From positions 2,790,001 through 2,854,000 of the forward strand of contig CATNEN010000002.1 in NCBI GenBank assembly GCA_950097015.1: DNA of 64,000 nt, in the 5' to 3' direction. Positions 24,501-34,569 of this stretch are shown piece after piece (the stretch's first letter is position 1; every line of letters starts with the position of its first letter). The notes under the pieces are model-generated. The model was given only the letters and a program-made list of their open reading frames with translations, did not search any database and had not been told where the DNA came from. The DNA is from Macrostomum hystrix. Its lineage: Eukaryota; Animalia; Platyhelminthes. A program made the position numbers and the translations under genes.

Positions 24501-27500
24501 AATTTCTAAATTAATTGCATGAGATTTTGTAAACAAGAAGTTTTCTCTCTGTGTACTTTAGACTGGCGGCCGCCGAAAATATCAATCATCCTTCTTTGGC
24601 AGGAAGATTATTTAAATTCCGAAAATCCCCAGTGACTTTGCGGTCTTCCTGCAAGCCACAAGAAACCGCATTCAAGAAATTACAGAAAAGTTTTTTAAAT
24701 AAATTTGATCATGCTCAGTTTCACATCAGCTCGAATTGAAACTTTTGCCAGAAGCCTGCCATGGATGAACTCAATGACCAACAGCTTGTTCTTCCCCCAA
24801 TGACCAACAGCTAGATCTTGCCCCAATGACCAACAGCTTGATCTTCCCCCAATGACCAACAGCTAGATCTTCCCCCAATGACCAACAGCTTGATCTTCCC
24901 CCAATGACCAACAGCTTGATCTTCCCCAATGACCAACAGCTAGATCTTCCCCAATGACCAACAGCTAGATCTTCCCCAATGACCAACAGCTAGATCTTTC
25001 CCCAATGACCAACAGCTAGATCTTCCCCCAATGACCAACAGCTAGATCTTCCCCAATGACCAACAGCTAGATCTACCCCAATGACCAACAGCTTTCCCAG
25101 GCCTTCCCATCAACTCACCTGCAGGCTGTCATCACCTGACAGGATCCTCTCGCCCAGCCTTCTAAATTTCTCTCTGCTCGCACCGGCGGGACACAGTGCC
25201 TGTGAGGTATGAGTCAGTCCAGGCCCACGGGCTTTGGTCTGCGATGCCTCACACCTGCAGCCGTTTTTTGAGCAGGCCTGGCAGGAAGGAGACCTGTACC
25301 TTCGGGTGCAGGAATCCCTCCAACGCTGTCCCGTCAGCTGACCCATGGGTACACGTCCCGCGAGTGTTCAAGGCTGACCCTAGGGCAGCCGGACAGAATG
25401 GGCAACAGCGCTGGATGACCCATCCAGGGCCTCCGGCCAAACTGGGTACCTCTAGCCCCGGCTGGAGGGAAAGGTGTCACCCTTTGACCTTAACAGGGTA
25501 TGTGGCTTGTCCGCAATTTTCGTGCACCTGTGCGTGATCAGGTACCTCTGGCTACGGCCCTGAGGGACAGGTGTCACCCTTTGACCTTAACAGGGTTTGC
25601 GGCCAGCCCGCAGGCCTCGGCGCCGGCTCAATGGCACCCTCCAATGTCCCAGTGTTGACCGTGCTGATGGACGCTTGGCCAGGGAGTAGTCTGGTCTCTT
25701 ACGGTTCCTCCCGGTGGTCCTGGCATCCCACCCCGGGTTGTAACTTGTCTTTTTTGGCTGCCCCCGCTCAGTTTTGGGATCGCGGCTGAGCGGGTTATTC
25801 CTGCCTGTGTCTACAGGAAGCCCCTCTCTTCATTGCAGCTTTCAATGGCTTCTAGCCCTTCAACTGCTCCGGCCGAGGACACCATGGTGCCTGAGGCCAT
25901 ACACGCTGCGGCGCCCGGGCTAGCTGGCCCCGCGACCGCCACAAATGCCGCGCTGCCCAACTCGCGCGATGACCGGGGCGCTAAGCGCTCCACCACCTCT
26001 GGAGCGGCAAAACGCCGTAGGCGCATGCTGGCCCACGGCACGTCGGCTCCATCGACCAAGGACCAGGCCCAGGCCAGAGGGGCCGAAGGGGCTCTGCCTA
26101 GGGCGGGGGCTGGGGCGGGGGGCCTTGTGCCTCCTGCCCAGGCTCCTGCACGGGGCGGAGCCCACGACGCCCCGAGGCCAGGGTCGCGGGCCAAGGAGGG
26201 CCCGGCGCCCATCCGGACGGCTGCCCGGCCCGAAGGAGAAGCGGAGGCGGAGGGCCCTGTGCCCACCGCCGACGCAGATCCCGAGGGTGGGGACGCCACC
26301 GGACAGGGCCCGGGACCACAAGCTACCTACGCCGCCATCGCACGTAGGCAACCTGCCGTCATCATCACCGGCAGAGACGGGAAAAGGCTGAGCAGCGAAC
26401 AGCTCAGCGACATTTGCCGCAACATAGATGCTATGTTGTGGCAACTTCAACTGAAGGGCGAGCCCCTGGCGGTCGGCGCAAGCGCTACCAGGGAATCGTG
26501 CTTCGTCGTCTGGCCCGGCGATGCGGAATCGGGGCGGCGGCTCCTCGAGTTGCTGCCCACGCAGAGCTGGGCGGCTGGCCTCGAGTTCCTACGGGAGAAC
26601 GAGCCACCAAAGACCAAGCGACACCGTATCTTCGTCCCGGCGAAAAGTGTCGTCACCAGCGCTGAGGACCTCCGCAGGGGCCTCATCGCGATGAACCGGG
26701 AGCTGCCGACAGCGGGCCTGATCGTGCACCGCACGATCCTGCGCCCCGACGGCACCGGTTTCACCGCCATTCTGGGCCTGTCCGAGCAATGGACACGCCG
26801 CTACCCAGATGGCGCCAACATTTGCATTGGTCTGTGGAAGACCAAAATCTTCGCCTTCGAGGCGGATAAAACCCGAGGTCAGACCGGGCCCACCACCGTA
26901 CCGGCCAATGAAGGGTCCTCGGACCCCAAGGCTGGGACTGGGGGCAGGGCCCAGTCGTCCCGCCAAAAAAGGCCAGAGCGTGCCATCGCTGGCGGCTCTG
27001 AGCGTCGCCCCGCGCGTGTCACAAAGCGCCGGGGCCTTCTCCAGCGGGCCTCCGAGGTGGTGCGAACCGCCAAGATGGCCCAGCTGCGCGCTGAGATGCG
27101 CGGTGGCCCACCGGGGCAGGCGCCGCAACCAAGGGCTACGGGGGAGGCCTCAGAGGTGCCCAGCTCCATCGAGCAGGGCCCTTCGAGCGCCCCTCCCACG
27201 GCCCAGGGAGCGGTGTCGGCTCCAGTTGAGGGCGACTCTGGGCCTGGGCTCGGGGCCGGGGGCGGGGACTGGGCGGCTGACGCCGTCGAGTTCCCGTCTC
27301 CGGCTCGGGGCCTGGGCACGGAGGAGCCCATGGCTACCGACATCGACCCGGAGGAGGAGGACCGCCTTCTGGCTGGGTCCCCCTCCAAGTAGACCTCTGC
27401 CTGCATGATGATCCCCGGAATATCATGTCTGCAAGTTAACACCCAGCACTGCGTGGCAGCATCAGTCAATCTGATGCGCACGACAGAGCGCATGATGCCG

Positions 27501-30500
27501 GGCCTTGTACTTGTGCAGGAGCCCTGGCTATCAAAGAACAAGCCAAGCAACATTCCTGCAGGCTATGACTGCTTCTGCATGGCAGACTCTGTCCGCCCTA
27601 GATCACTGATCTATGCCGCAAAAGCCTTAAATGCGTGGATGAGACCCGATCTCTCTAACGGGGACATCTGCGTCATCCAATCTGCACACATTGTGCCTAA
27701 CAAGTTGACCCTCGTGGCATCCGCCTACCTGGCAGGCGACGCCCCCGTGGTTAGCGATACCCTCGTCGCCCTCTGTGAATTCGCCAGGGCACGAAACTTC
27801 GAGCTGCTCCTCGCGGGAGATGTAAACTCGCATCACACCCACTGGGGTAGCTCAAAAATCAATGACCGCGGCGAAGAGCTCCTGGCCTTCGTCAGCGGCA
27901 CGCCTCTAAACTTCTGCAATGTGGGCAACACGCCCACTTTCGACAATGGGCGGTGGGCTGAGGTGCTTGACGTCACCCTGGCCTCACCCGGCATCCTCCC
28001 AAGGGTGCTGGGGTGGGAGGTGTGGGAGACCGAAAGCTCGCTCTCGGACCACCGTTTCATCCGTTTCAACATCGGCACCCCCGATAAGAAGCAAAAGCCT
28101 ATTTGGAGGCGTAATGTCAGAAATACCGACTGGCCCGCGTTCAGCCAAAAGCTGCATGAGGGCCTTCGGGATTCTGACCCCTCCATGGCCATGGAAACCA
28201 CGCAGGACCTGGATGGAGTGGCTGCCCTGCTGGGCGGCGCCATCACAGAGGCCTACGAAATGGCTTGCCCGCTCAAAGCCTACAAAGGCAAAAAATCGGC
28301 CCCCTGGTGGAACCCCGAGCTCGGAATCCTAAGACGCCGAGCTAAGGCTCACCAGAGGAAGCTGAAAACCTCGCACGACCCTGATGACAAAGAGGCCTAT
28401 ACTCGCGCCATCCATGAGTTTAAGGGCCGGGTCAGAAGGGCAAAAGCGAACAAGTGGCGACAATACTGCGAAGGGCTTGAGGGCTCGCGGCCCACGGCCC
28501 GCGTGGTAAAGGCGCTCACCAACGACCGCTTCTCCAAGCTCTCATCGATTAAAAAGCCGGACGGCTCGATCACTGAGCGCCCGGAGGAAACGCTCGAGCT
28601 TATGCTAGGGCATTTCTTCCCGAGTGTACCGGCGCACTTCGGCCCAGACGACCACTCGCGTGGAGGTCAGGGCCTGGCTCAGTCACTCGTTACGAATGAC
28701 CGCATCGTTCGCGCGGCTAAGTCATTCAATCCTTTTAAAGCACCTGGGCCAGATGGTATATATCCGGCCTTTCTGCATGAAGCGGTTAAAAATGGCCGCT
28801 TCCTCCATCTCCTCTGCAGACTTCTACGGGCCTGCATCGTGCTGGGCTACGTACCAGCGCGGTGGCATGAAGCCCGGGTCGTCTTCATCCCGAAGCCCGC
28901 CAAAGGCGACTATCGCTCGGTCAAGTCTTATCGCCCGATAAGCTTGACTTCCACCTGCCTCAAGCTCATGGAAAGACTGGTGCTCTGGCGCCTTCTTACT
29001 GTAGAGCTAGGGCGGGCCCCGCTCTCACCAAACCAGCACGCCTTTCGGGCGGGCCGGTCCACGGAGAGCGCCCTCCACTGCATTGTGGAGACTCTCGAGA
29101 AGGCAGCGCTGGGCAGCGGTTTTGCCCTGGCTGTTTTCCTTGATATTGAGGGGGCCTTCGATAACGTTATTTTCGAAGCCTTTGAGAAGGCCCTGGTTTC
29201 CAGGGCCACTCACCCCCACCTCGTCCGTTGGGTCATGTACATGATCCGGAATCGCCACGTGGTGGCCCACCTCGAAGGCAGGGTGCTCTCGGCACCTGTC
29301 CTAAAAGGAGGGCCCCAAGGTGGCGTCCTCACCCCACTGCTGTGGAATCTCGTCATGGATGAGCTGCTAAAAAGCACTCGGCCTGACCCAGTCCTGAAGG
29401 TGGGATATGCCGACGATGTGACCGCCATCTGCGCGGGCCCCTCGGCGGAAACCACCAGGGACCTCATTCAGGGCTTTATCAACAGGGCGGTGCGCTGGGC
29501 GGACCAATGCGGGCTCCGACTCTCTGAGTCCAAGACCGTTGCGGTTATGTTTACCAGCAGGCTGCGCTGGACCATTGAGCCTCTGACTCTCTATGGCAAG
29601 AATATTGCCATGGAAAAGCAGGTCCGGTGCCTTGGTATCCTGCTAGACCATAGGCTTAACTGGACCCCGCACATTACCACAAAGGCCAAGAGGGCCCTGG
29701 CCATTCTGGCGCAAGTCAGGCGAGCCGTGGGCACCACTTGGGGGCTAACCCCCAAAAACCTTTGGTGGATTTACACGGCGATCATTAGACCGTCAGTCGC
29801 TTACGCTGGCCTCATCTGGGCCAGTGCCATGAGCATCCAGAAAAACCTGGAGGCGCTTTATAGGGTGCAGGGCAGAGCCTGTCGCATGACGCTGGGCGCC
29901 CCACCCTCCACTCCCTTTGAAGGCATGAACGCTTTCCTCAACGCTACACCCATTGACATTTTTGTTAAGGGGGAAGCGGCAAAGTCCACCCGTCGTCTCC
30001 TTGATGCGGGTGTATCCTTCCAGAATTCGCGAGCCTTCTCGAAGCGCTCCCTTCTGCCCCACTCTGACCTCTGCCTGAAAACTCTGGGCGAGTGCGGAGG
30101 GCTCACCATCCTTTCGGACGGGGCCCCGGCCACTTTACTCCGGAGCCACAGGTACAAAGTCAGCATCTTCCCTCGTAATGAGGTAAAGGACTGCTGGGAT
30201 GACCCCGCAGTCCACTGTTACACTGACGGCTCCCTGATGAACGGTAAATCGGGATTCGGGGTGTGCGTCGCCTCGGGTGGCGAGGTCCTCTGGACCCACT
30301 CCCAACACTGTGGCAAGAGCTCAAGCGTTTTCCAAAACGAAATGCTCGCCATCAGTTTCTGTGCGGCTGAGCTGCGCCAGAGGCAGCTGGCTGGTCGGAG
30401 GATCTTTTTTCACTCCGACAGTCAAGCAGCCCTCAAGGCCCTCAGTCGCTGCACCTCTCGCTCCAGAACCACCTTGGACTGCAACACCCAGTTAAACGGT

Positions 30501-33500
30501 TTGGCGCAGTCTAACAAGGTGGAGCTGATGTGGATCCCTGGGCACGCCGGGCTCACAGGGAATGAGATGGCGGACGAGCTTGCAAAGGCTGGAGCAGCCA
30601 GCTCCCTGATGGGCCCGGGCCCGGAATCCCCGATCCCCGCCTCCGTTGTCAACTCCAGCATCAACCACTGGATGGAGACCCAGCACCGGAGGAGGTGGTC
30701 CAGCACCCTGAACTGTCGCCAGTCCAGGGCTGCGGTGCCAACCCCCTCTAGTAACCATGCGTAAGGCCTTACTCAGGCTAAACCGCAGAGACCTGAGAGC
30801 AGTCACCATGGCCCTTTCGGGACATGGCTGCTTCACCAGACACCGCTACCTCCAAGGCCACGTGCCTGAGGAAACGTGTCCTTTCTGCTGCTCCGGCCGT
30901 GAAAACGCCGAGCATTTCATTTGCCACTGCCCGGCCTTCACCCGGGCTAGGCTAAAACACCTCGGGCCGGCACCGACTCTTGCCGAAGCCTGCTCGCCCG
31001 AGAACATCCCTCAGCTCGCCCACTTCCTCCGGGATACCGGCCGAGCTGATTTCTTCCCAGCCTATGGCGAGGAAGATCGCGCGGCGGAACCGACCGACGG
31101 ACCACCCTGAGCGGCACCGCCTCGCTGGAGGCCGTCTGGCTGCCAGGGGTTAGCGATATGGGCGGCAACAGCCGCCTCCTCGCTGCGTCCGTCATGGAGG
31201 CCCCCTGCCGCTAAGTCAAGTAAGTCAAGTCAATGACCAACAGCTTGATCTTCCCCAATGACCAACAGCTAGATCTTCCCCAATGACCAACAGCTAGATC
31301 TTCCCCAATGACCAACAGCTAGATCTTTCCCCAATGACCAACAGCGAGATCTTTCCCCAATGACCAACAGCTAGATCTTCCCCAATGACCAACAGCGAGA
31401 TCTTCCCCAATGACCAACAGCGAGATCTTCCCCAATGACCAACAGCTAGATCTTCCCCAATGACCAACAGCTAGATTTTCCCCAATGACCAACAGCTAGA
31501 TCTTCCCCCAATGACCAACAGCTAGATTTTCCCCAATGACCAACAGCTAGATTTTCCCGAATGACCAACAGCTAGATTTTCCCCAATGACCAACAGCTAG
31601 ATTTTCCCCCAATGACCAACAGCTTGTTCTTCCCCCAATGACCAACAGCTAGATCTTGCCCCAATGACCAACAGCTTGATCTTCCCCCAATGACCAACAG
31701 CTAGATCTTCCCCCAATGACCAACAGCTAGATCTTCCCCCAATGACCAACAGCTTGATCTTCCCCCAATGACCAACAGCTTGATCTTCCCCCAATGACCA
31801 ACAGCTAGATCTTCCCCAATGACCAACAGCTAGATCTTCCCCAATGACCAACAGCTAGATCTTTCCCCAATGACCAACAGCTAGATCTTCCCCCAATGAC
31901 CAACAGCTAGATCTTCCCCAATGACCAACAGCTAGATCTACCCCAATGACCAACAGCTTTCCCAGGCCTTCCCATCAACTCACCTGCAGGCTGTCATCAC
32001 CTGACAGGATCCTCTCGCCCAGCCTTCTAAATTTCTCTTCCAAGTCGGCCCGCTCCGCCTCGCACTGGTCGAAGCGTCGCTCGGCCTTGCGCAGCTTGAA
32101 CTGCACCACCCGGTAGCTCTTGTTGGCCGCGTCCAGCTCGCGCTGCAGCTCCCTGACGGTGCCAGCCCGGCCCTCCTCCTTGTCCTGAAATGAGTCGTGC
32201 ATCTCTTCAAGCTCTCGCTGCAGCTCGTCCACCTCCTCCTTCAGCTGGTCGTTTTCATCCGTCAGCTCGCGGCAGAGGTCTTCCAACTCGCGAGCTCGAC
32301 CTTCGAAGTCGTCAAAGTCTGCAGCACTGGCGACCTGCTCGGATTCGGGCAGACGAAGGCGCTCTCGATAGCAGCGGACCTCCTGCTCCAGCTGGGGCAC
32401 CCGCTTCTCCAGGGCGGCGCTCCTGCGGACGAGTGAGAGGCTCATGACTGGCTGATACCCTGGCTCATGACTGGCTGATACCCTGGCTCATGACTGGCTG
32501 ATACCCTGGCTCATGACTGGCTGATACCCTGGCTCATGACTGGCTGATACCCTGGCTCATGACTGTCTGATACCCTGGCTCATGACTGGCTGATACCCTG
32601 GCTCATGACTGTCTGATACCCTGGCTCATGACTGGCTGATACCCTGGCTCATGACTGGCTGATACCCTGGCTCATGACTAGCTGATACCCTGGCTCATGA
32701 CTGTCTGATACCCTGACTCATGACTGGCTGATACCCTGGCTCATGACTGGCTGATACCCTGGCTCATGACTGGCTGATACCCTGGCTCATGACTGGCTGA
32801 TACCCTGGCTCATGACTGTCTGATACCCTGGCTCATGACTGGCTGATACCCTGGCTCATGACTGGCTGATACCCTGGCTCATGACTGGCTGATACCCTGG
32901 CTCATGACTGGCTGATACCCTGGCTCATGACTGTCTGATACCCTGGCTCATGACTGGCTGATACCCTGGCTCATGACTGGCTGATACCCTGGCTCATGAC
33001 TGTCTGATACCCTGGCTCATGACTGGCTGATACCCTGGCTCATGACTGGCTGATACCCTGGCTCAAGACTGGCTGATACCCTGGCTCATGACTGGCTGAT
33101 ACCCTGGTTCATGACTGGCTGATACCCTGGTTCATGACTGGCTGATACCCTGGCTCATGACTGGCTGATACCCTGGTTTAGGGCTGGAGTGATACCCTGG
33201 TTTAGGGCAGGAGTGATACCCTGGTTTAGGGCAGGAGTGATACCCTGGTTTAGGGCAGGAGTGATACCCTGGTCTAGGTAGGAGTGATACCCTGGTTCTA
33301 TTATCAGCGATTCCTCTAATGCATTGCTGCACCAAGCCTGACACCTGTAGCACAATTTCGAGTCTCACCGAGCTCTGCAGTTCTCCAGCTCCCTCTCCAG
33401 GTCCTCAATGTCTCCTAGACGCTCCTCTAGCTGAGCATCCAGGTGCTCCTTGTCGTGGCACAGCTCCGTGTACTTGTCCTCCAGCTCGAACAGGTCGCTC

Positions 33501-34050
33501 TCGAGCTCCTCGACGTATTTGTCGTCGATATTGGAGGCGCCGGCGACTCCAGCTGAGCGACCTCCGGCGGAGCGACCGGAGCCGCAGGAGCGAAGGCTCT
33601 CCTTGCTGACGGATCGAGATCGACTCATGGCTGGAACAAAATGTATGCTCACTTTCGTATCAAAACCGTTTTGAACTCTGTCGCTATTCTTACTTAAAGT
33701 TGTGTGAAGTCACGTGACTCCCTTTGTCTATGGGCTCATGACTCACACTCTCTGCCCGGCCCCCTGCCGCCGCTAGCAGCTGCTGTCTCGTCCTGATCCC
33801 TGGAGGAGCCAGGCGCTGTTGATCGCCGCGACACGCCAGTGGTTCGAGACGATCGCGGCGATGACGTTAAGCCAACTGTAGAAGAAGCGGCAGCGGCTGA
33901 GCTGGTTGAGGAGCCGTGCTGCGACTTGGTCCGGTGGCAGCCGCGGCACAGGCTTCTCCGCGCGGTCTGAGGTTCGAATCCCGAACATTCCTTGACCAGC
34001 CGTCTAGCAGTTTCAGTCTCTTCAACTGAAGCTGTAACACTTGAAGACAT
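9359..34050 (-). CDS. SOGA: SOGA/MTCL1-family microtubule-associated coiled-coil protein, ~1780 aa, 17 exons
   Basis: Phase-consistent exons, 5' to 3': 34050-33747, 33630-33369, 32422-31984, ~23945-23688 (acceptor uncertain), 23616-23542, 23330-22862, 22743-22381, 22003-21781, 21705-21600, 21177-20625, 17384-16789, 14861-14517, 13025-12555, 11329-11150, 11029-10976, 10879-10773, 9893-9359. The sum is 5340 nt, a multiple of 3. Family-like motifs: ELEEMHDSF..RELQRELDAANKSYRVVQFKLRKAER, LRTAKELSVRLHDELE and EQLRFSKEEVKIMRRKL. Confidence 0.85.
9965..10375. repeat. Intronic minisatellite, 17 bp (gatactcaatcccaaca)
   Basis: Tandem units. Same family as 38368-40862 in the opposite orientation. Confidence 0.95.
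12425..12508 (+). mobile_element. Possible SINE/LINE-tail remnant
   Basis: gctggtacccatttagcagctgggtg..tcttgctaaagtacaca..gaatcgaacccccgac resembles, from memory, a body/tail motif of widespread aquatic-animal SINEs (GGTACCCATTT..CTGGGTG..GTCTTGCCCAAGGACAC..ATCGAACCC). Not verified by search. Confidence 0.3.
13040..13325. repeat. Intronic minisatellite, 13 bp (acttgcactccag/c)
   Basis: Tandem units ending ~15 nt from the acceptor at 13026. Confidence 0.95.
13330..14420. repeat. Intronic minisatellite, 21 bp (atctataccatctgatgagtg), ~52 copies
   Basis: Highly homogeneous array with c/a variants, directly abutting the 13-bp array. Confidence 0.97.
14990..15715. repeat. Intronic minisatellite, 20 bp (atactttccaggaagttttt)
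   Basis: Homogeneous core ~15155-15670 with degenerate flanking units. Confidence 0.95.
16503..16735. repeat. Degenerate ~8/16 bp repeat (aaatcccaaaatcctg)
   Basis: Tandem degenerate units next to the donor at 16788. Confidence 0.8.
17956..19284 (+). mobile_element. Complete Tc1/mariner-superfamily DNA transposon (maT/mori-like), 1329 bp, in a SOGA intron
   Basis: 28-bp perfect TIRs CCGGGTGGCCCATGCGTTTAAGGACAAC, extending to ~37 bp with one indel. TA duplication at 17954-17955 and 19285-19286. Single transposase ORF. Confidence 0.97.
18105..19145 (+). CDS. Transposase, 346 aa, intact, DD38D catalytic triad
   Basis: N-terminal HTH regions and motifs IFSDEK, NRQNDR, FQQDGAPAH and WPPSSPDCSPLDY. 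I count 38 residues between the second and third Asp. Confidence 0.95.
   Translation: MNRAKRLMVVDQLARGISPAQIAENLNVARSFVYAVKSDIEEVGAAAAVERKPHNSPRPIRSEELRETVAERIKADPRVSIRELARSSGVSRSTMQRLVHEDLDLSSYKIKESQALTATARSVRAERCRQLINRLKGPDAGKVLIFSDEKFWTVDRAFNRQNDRYLAPSGDSSSAAEEHRFMPRQQHAKGAMFLGVVASDGRVAPPIWVPAGVKINSAEYIRMLQDHVLPWIRHNFAPGTFVFQQDGAPAHTAVATQEFLRRELGEDFWNATTWPPSSPDCSPLDYFVWNNVARVACLTTYATVETLQVAVSAAWSAQGPAVIRGACTKFRSRIEAVYAAEGGYIE
19535..20575. repeat. Intronic minisatellite, 20 bp (cgtttcacctgttcaacatt)
   Basis: About 50 tandem units with recurring higher-order variant blocks. Confidence 0.95.
21205..21450. repeat. Degenerate ~45 bp intronic repeat (ggggacagggcgtgaggttggtgttaaaggggggtaggaatgttc)
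   Basis: About 5 imperfect copies. Confidence 0.75.
22060..22338. repeat. Intronic minisatellite, ~28-30 bp (aagctacaagggtcacctgacccctct)
   Basis: Tandem imperfect copies, each with a palindromic core gggtcacctgaccc. Confidence 0.9.
23945..24432. repeat. Intronic minisatellite, ~31 bp (gatacaacaggggtcaactgactccccttct)
   Basis: Tandem copies abutting the exon starting near 23945. Confidence 0.9.
24771..25173 (+). repeat. Left copy of the duplicated target region: 25-26 bp minisatellite (caatgaccaacagctagatcttccc) plus ~82 bp unique sequence including the 3' end of SOGA exon 3 and its donor
   Basis: 25091-25173 matches the sequence ending at 32038. The order of array variants matches 31610-31957. 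Confidence 0.9.
25845..27392 (+). CDS. LINE ORF1 protein (~515 aa; Ala/Gly/Pro-rich ends, central globular region)
   Basis: Long open frame (first ATG 25845) ending 12 nt before the ORF2 ATG. Includes TYAAIARRQPAVIIT and the central VHRTIL..GFTAILGL region. Confidence 0.85.
   Translation: MASSPSTAPAEDTMVPEAIHAAAPGLAGPATATNAALPNSRDDRGAKRSTTSGAAKRRRRMLAHGTSAPSTKDQAQARGAEGALPRAGAGAGGLVPPAQAPARGGAHDAPRPGSRAKEGPAPIRTAARPEGEAEAEGPVPTADADPEGGDATGQGPGPQATYAAIARRQPAVIITGRDGKRLSSEQLSDICRNIDAMLWQLQLKGEPLAVGASATRESCFVVWPGDAESGRRLLELLPTQSWAAGLEFLRENEPPKTKRHRIFVPAKSVVTSAEDLRRGLIAMNRELPTAGLIVHRTILRPDGTGFTAILGLSEQWTRRYPDGANICIGLWKTKIFAFEADKTRGQTGPTTVPANEGSSDPKAGTGGRAQSSRQKRPERAIAGGSERRPARVTKRRGLLQRASEVVRTAKMAQLRAEMRGGPPGQAPQPRATGEASEVPSSIEQGPSSAPPTAQGAVSAPVEGDSGPGLGAGGGDWAADAVEFPSPARGLGTEEPMATDIDPEEEDRLLAGSPSK
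27405..31110 (+). CDS. LINE ORF2 (endonuclease, reverse transcriptase, RNase H, C-terminal CCHC) with one +1 frameshift near 30753
   Basis: APE: LQVNTQH, VQEPW, GDVNSHH, SDHRFI. RT: KAPGPDG, RPISLTS, FLDIEGAFDN, PQGGVLTPLLWN, YADD. RNase H: YTDGS, SDSQAAL, WIPGH..GNEMADELAK. CPFC..EHFICHC lies in the overlapping frame 30757-31110. Confidence 0.93.
31230..31957. repeat. Right copy of the 25-26 bp minisatellite (caatgaccaacagctagatcttccc)
   Basis: Starts at the LINE tail with a TCAA overlap and runs to the donor region of exon 3. Confidence 0.95.
32445..33300. repeat. Intronic minisatellite, 23 bp (tggctcatgactggctgataccc), grading into a 24-bp variant
   Basis: Tandem units filling SOGA intron 2. 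Confidence 0.95.
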
Positions 34051-34569
34051 GCTTCGCGGTTGCAGTCGATGATTAGAAGGGGCAGTTACGCAGCAGGTCG
34101 AGGTGAATCACTGCTTGGAGAGAATGGACTGGCCTTACTGTGGGGTCTGCATTTTAACATGCCGCATCCCACTCGTGCAAGGAGGCGAGTGGATGGCGGC
34201 CCCTCCCCCCAAATTTCTGCCCCAAAGGCCCAGTCGAGCGCGCACAACGAAGGCTCTGCAACTTCGGACCAACTGCGGACCAAAGCGCTTCTTCAGGAAA
34301 GACTTGTGCGCAGTTTTAGCCCAGAAACCGCAGGGCCAAAATATTATTGGTGGCATAGCTAAACTCCCTTTCGCTGTCTCCATCCCTTCTATAGAAGGAG
34401 AACTATCCCACCCCCAGTAGCAGTTGTCCTTACCCATCATACCGTGGGCCCTTGGTTTGGCGGAATGGGCTGCACCTGCTGTGGCAGCAATTCAACACCT
34501 CCTGCTGAATGGGAGATTCTCAACGGCAGATTTTATACCAGAACAGCAGAACTGGTATCCCTTGCAATG

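Larger units (their letters stand above)
25174..31229 (+). mobile_element. Near full-length non-LTR retrotransposon (LINE) with APE-RT-RNase H ORF2; LOA/R1-group-like
   Basis: ~670 bp 5' UTR, ORF1, ORF2, short 3' UTR and a simple-repeat tail TAAG-TCAAG-TAAG-TCAAG (31212-31229). Antisense to the host gene. The clade is inferred from RNase H plus an ORF1 lacking CCHC knuckles. Confidence 0.93.

Noticed and set aside
25174-25800. HDV-like self-cleaving ribozyme at the LINE 5' end (known from several LINE clades)
   Set aside because: A GCGGGACA/TGTCCCGT pairing with a G-U start exists (25186/25334), but I could not build P3/L3/P1.1 by hand. A covariance or descriptor search would be needed.
33319-33368. 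Alternative acceptor ctacag at ~33345 giving a 24-nt intron
   Set aside because: Too short, and it leads into repeat sequence; the 32422 acceptor gives the correct phase and coiled-coil continuation.
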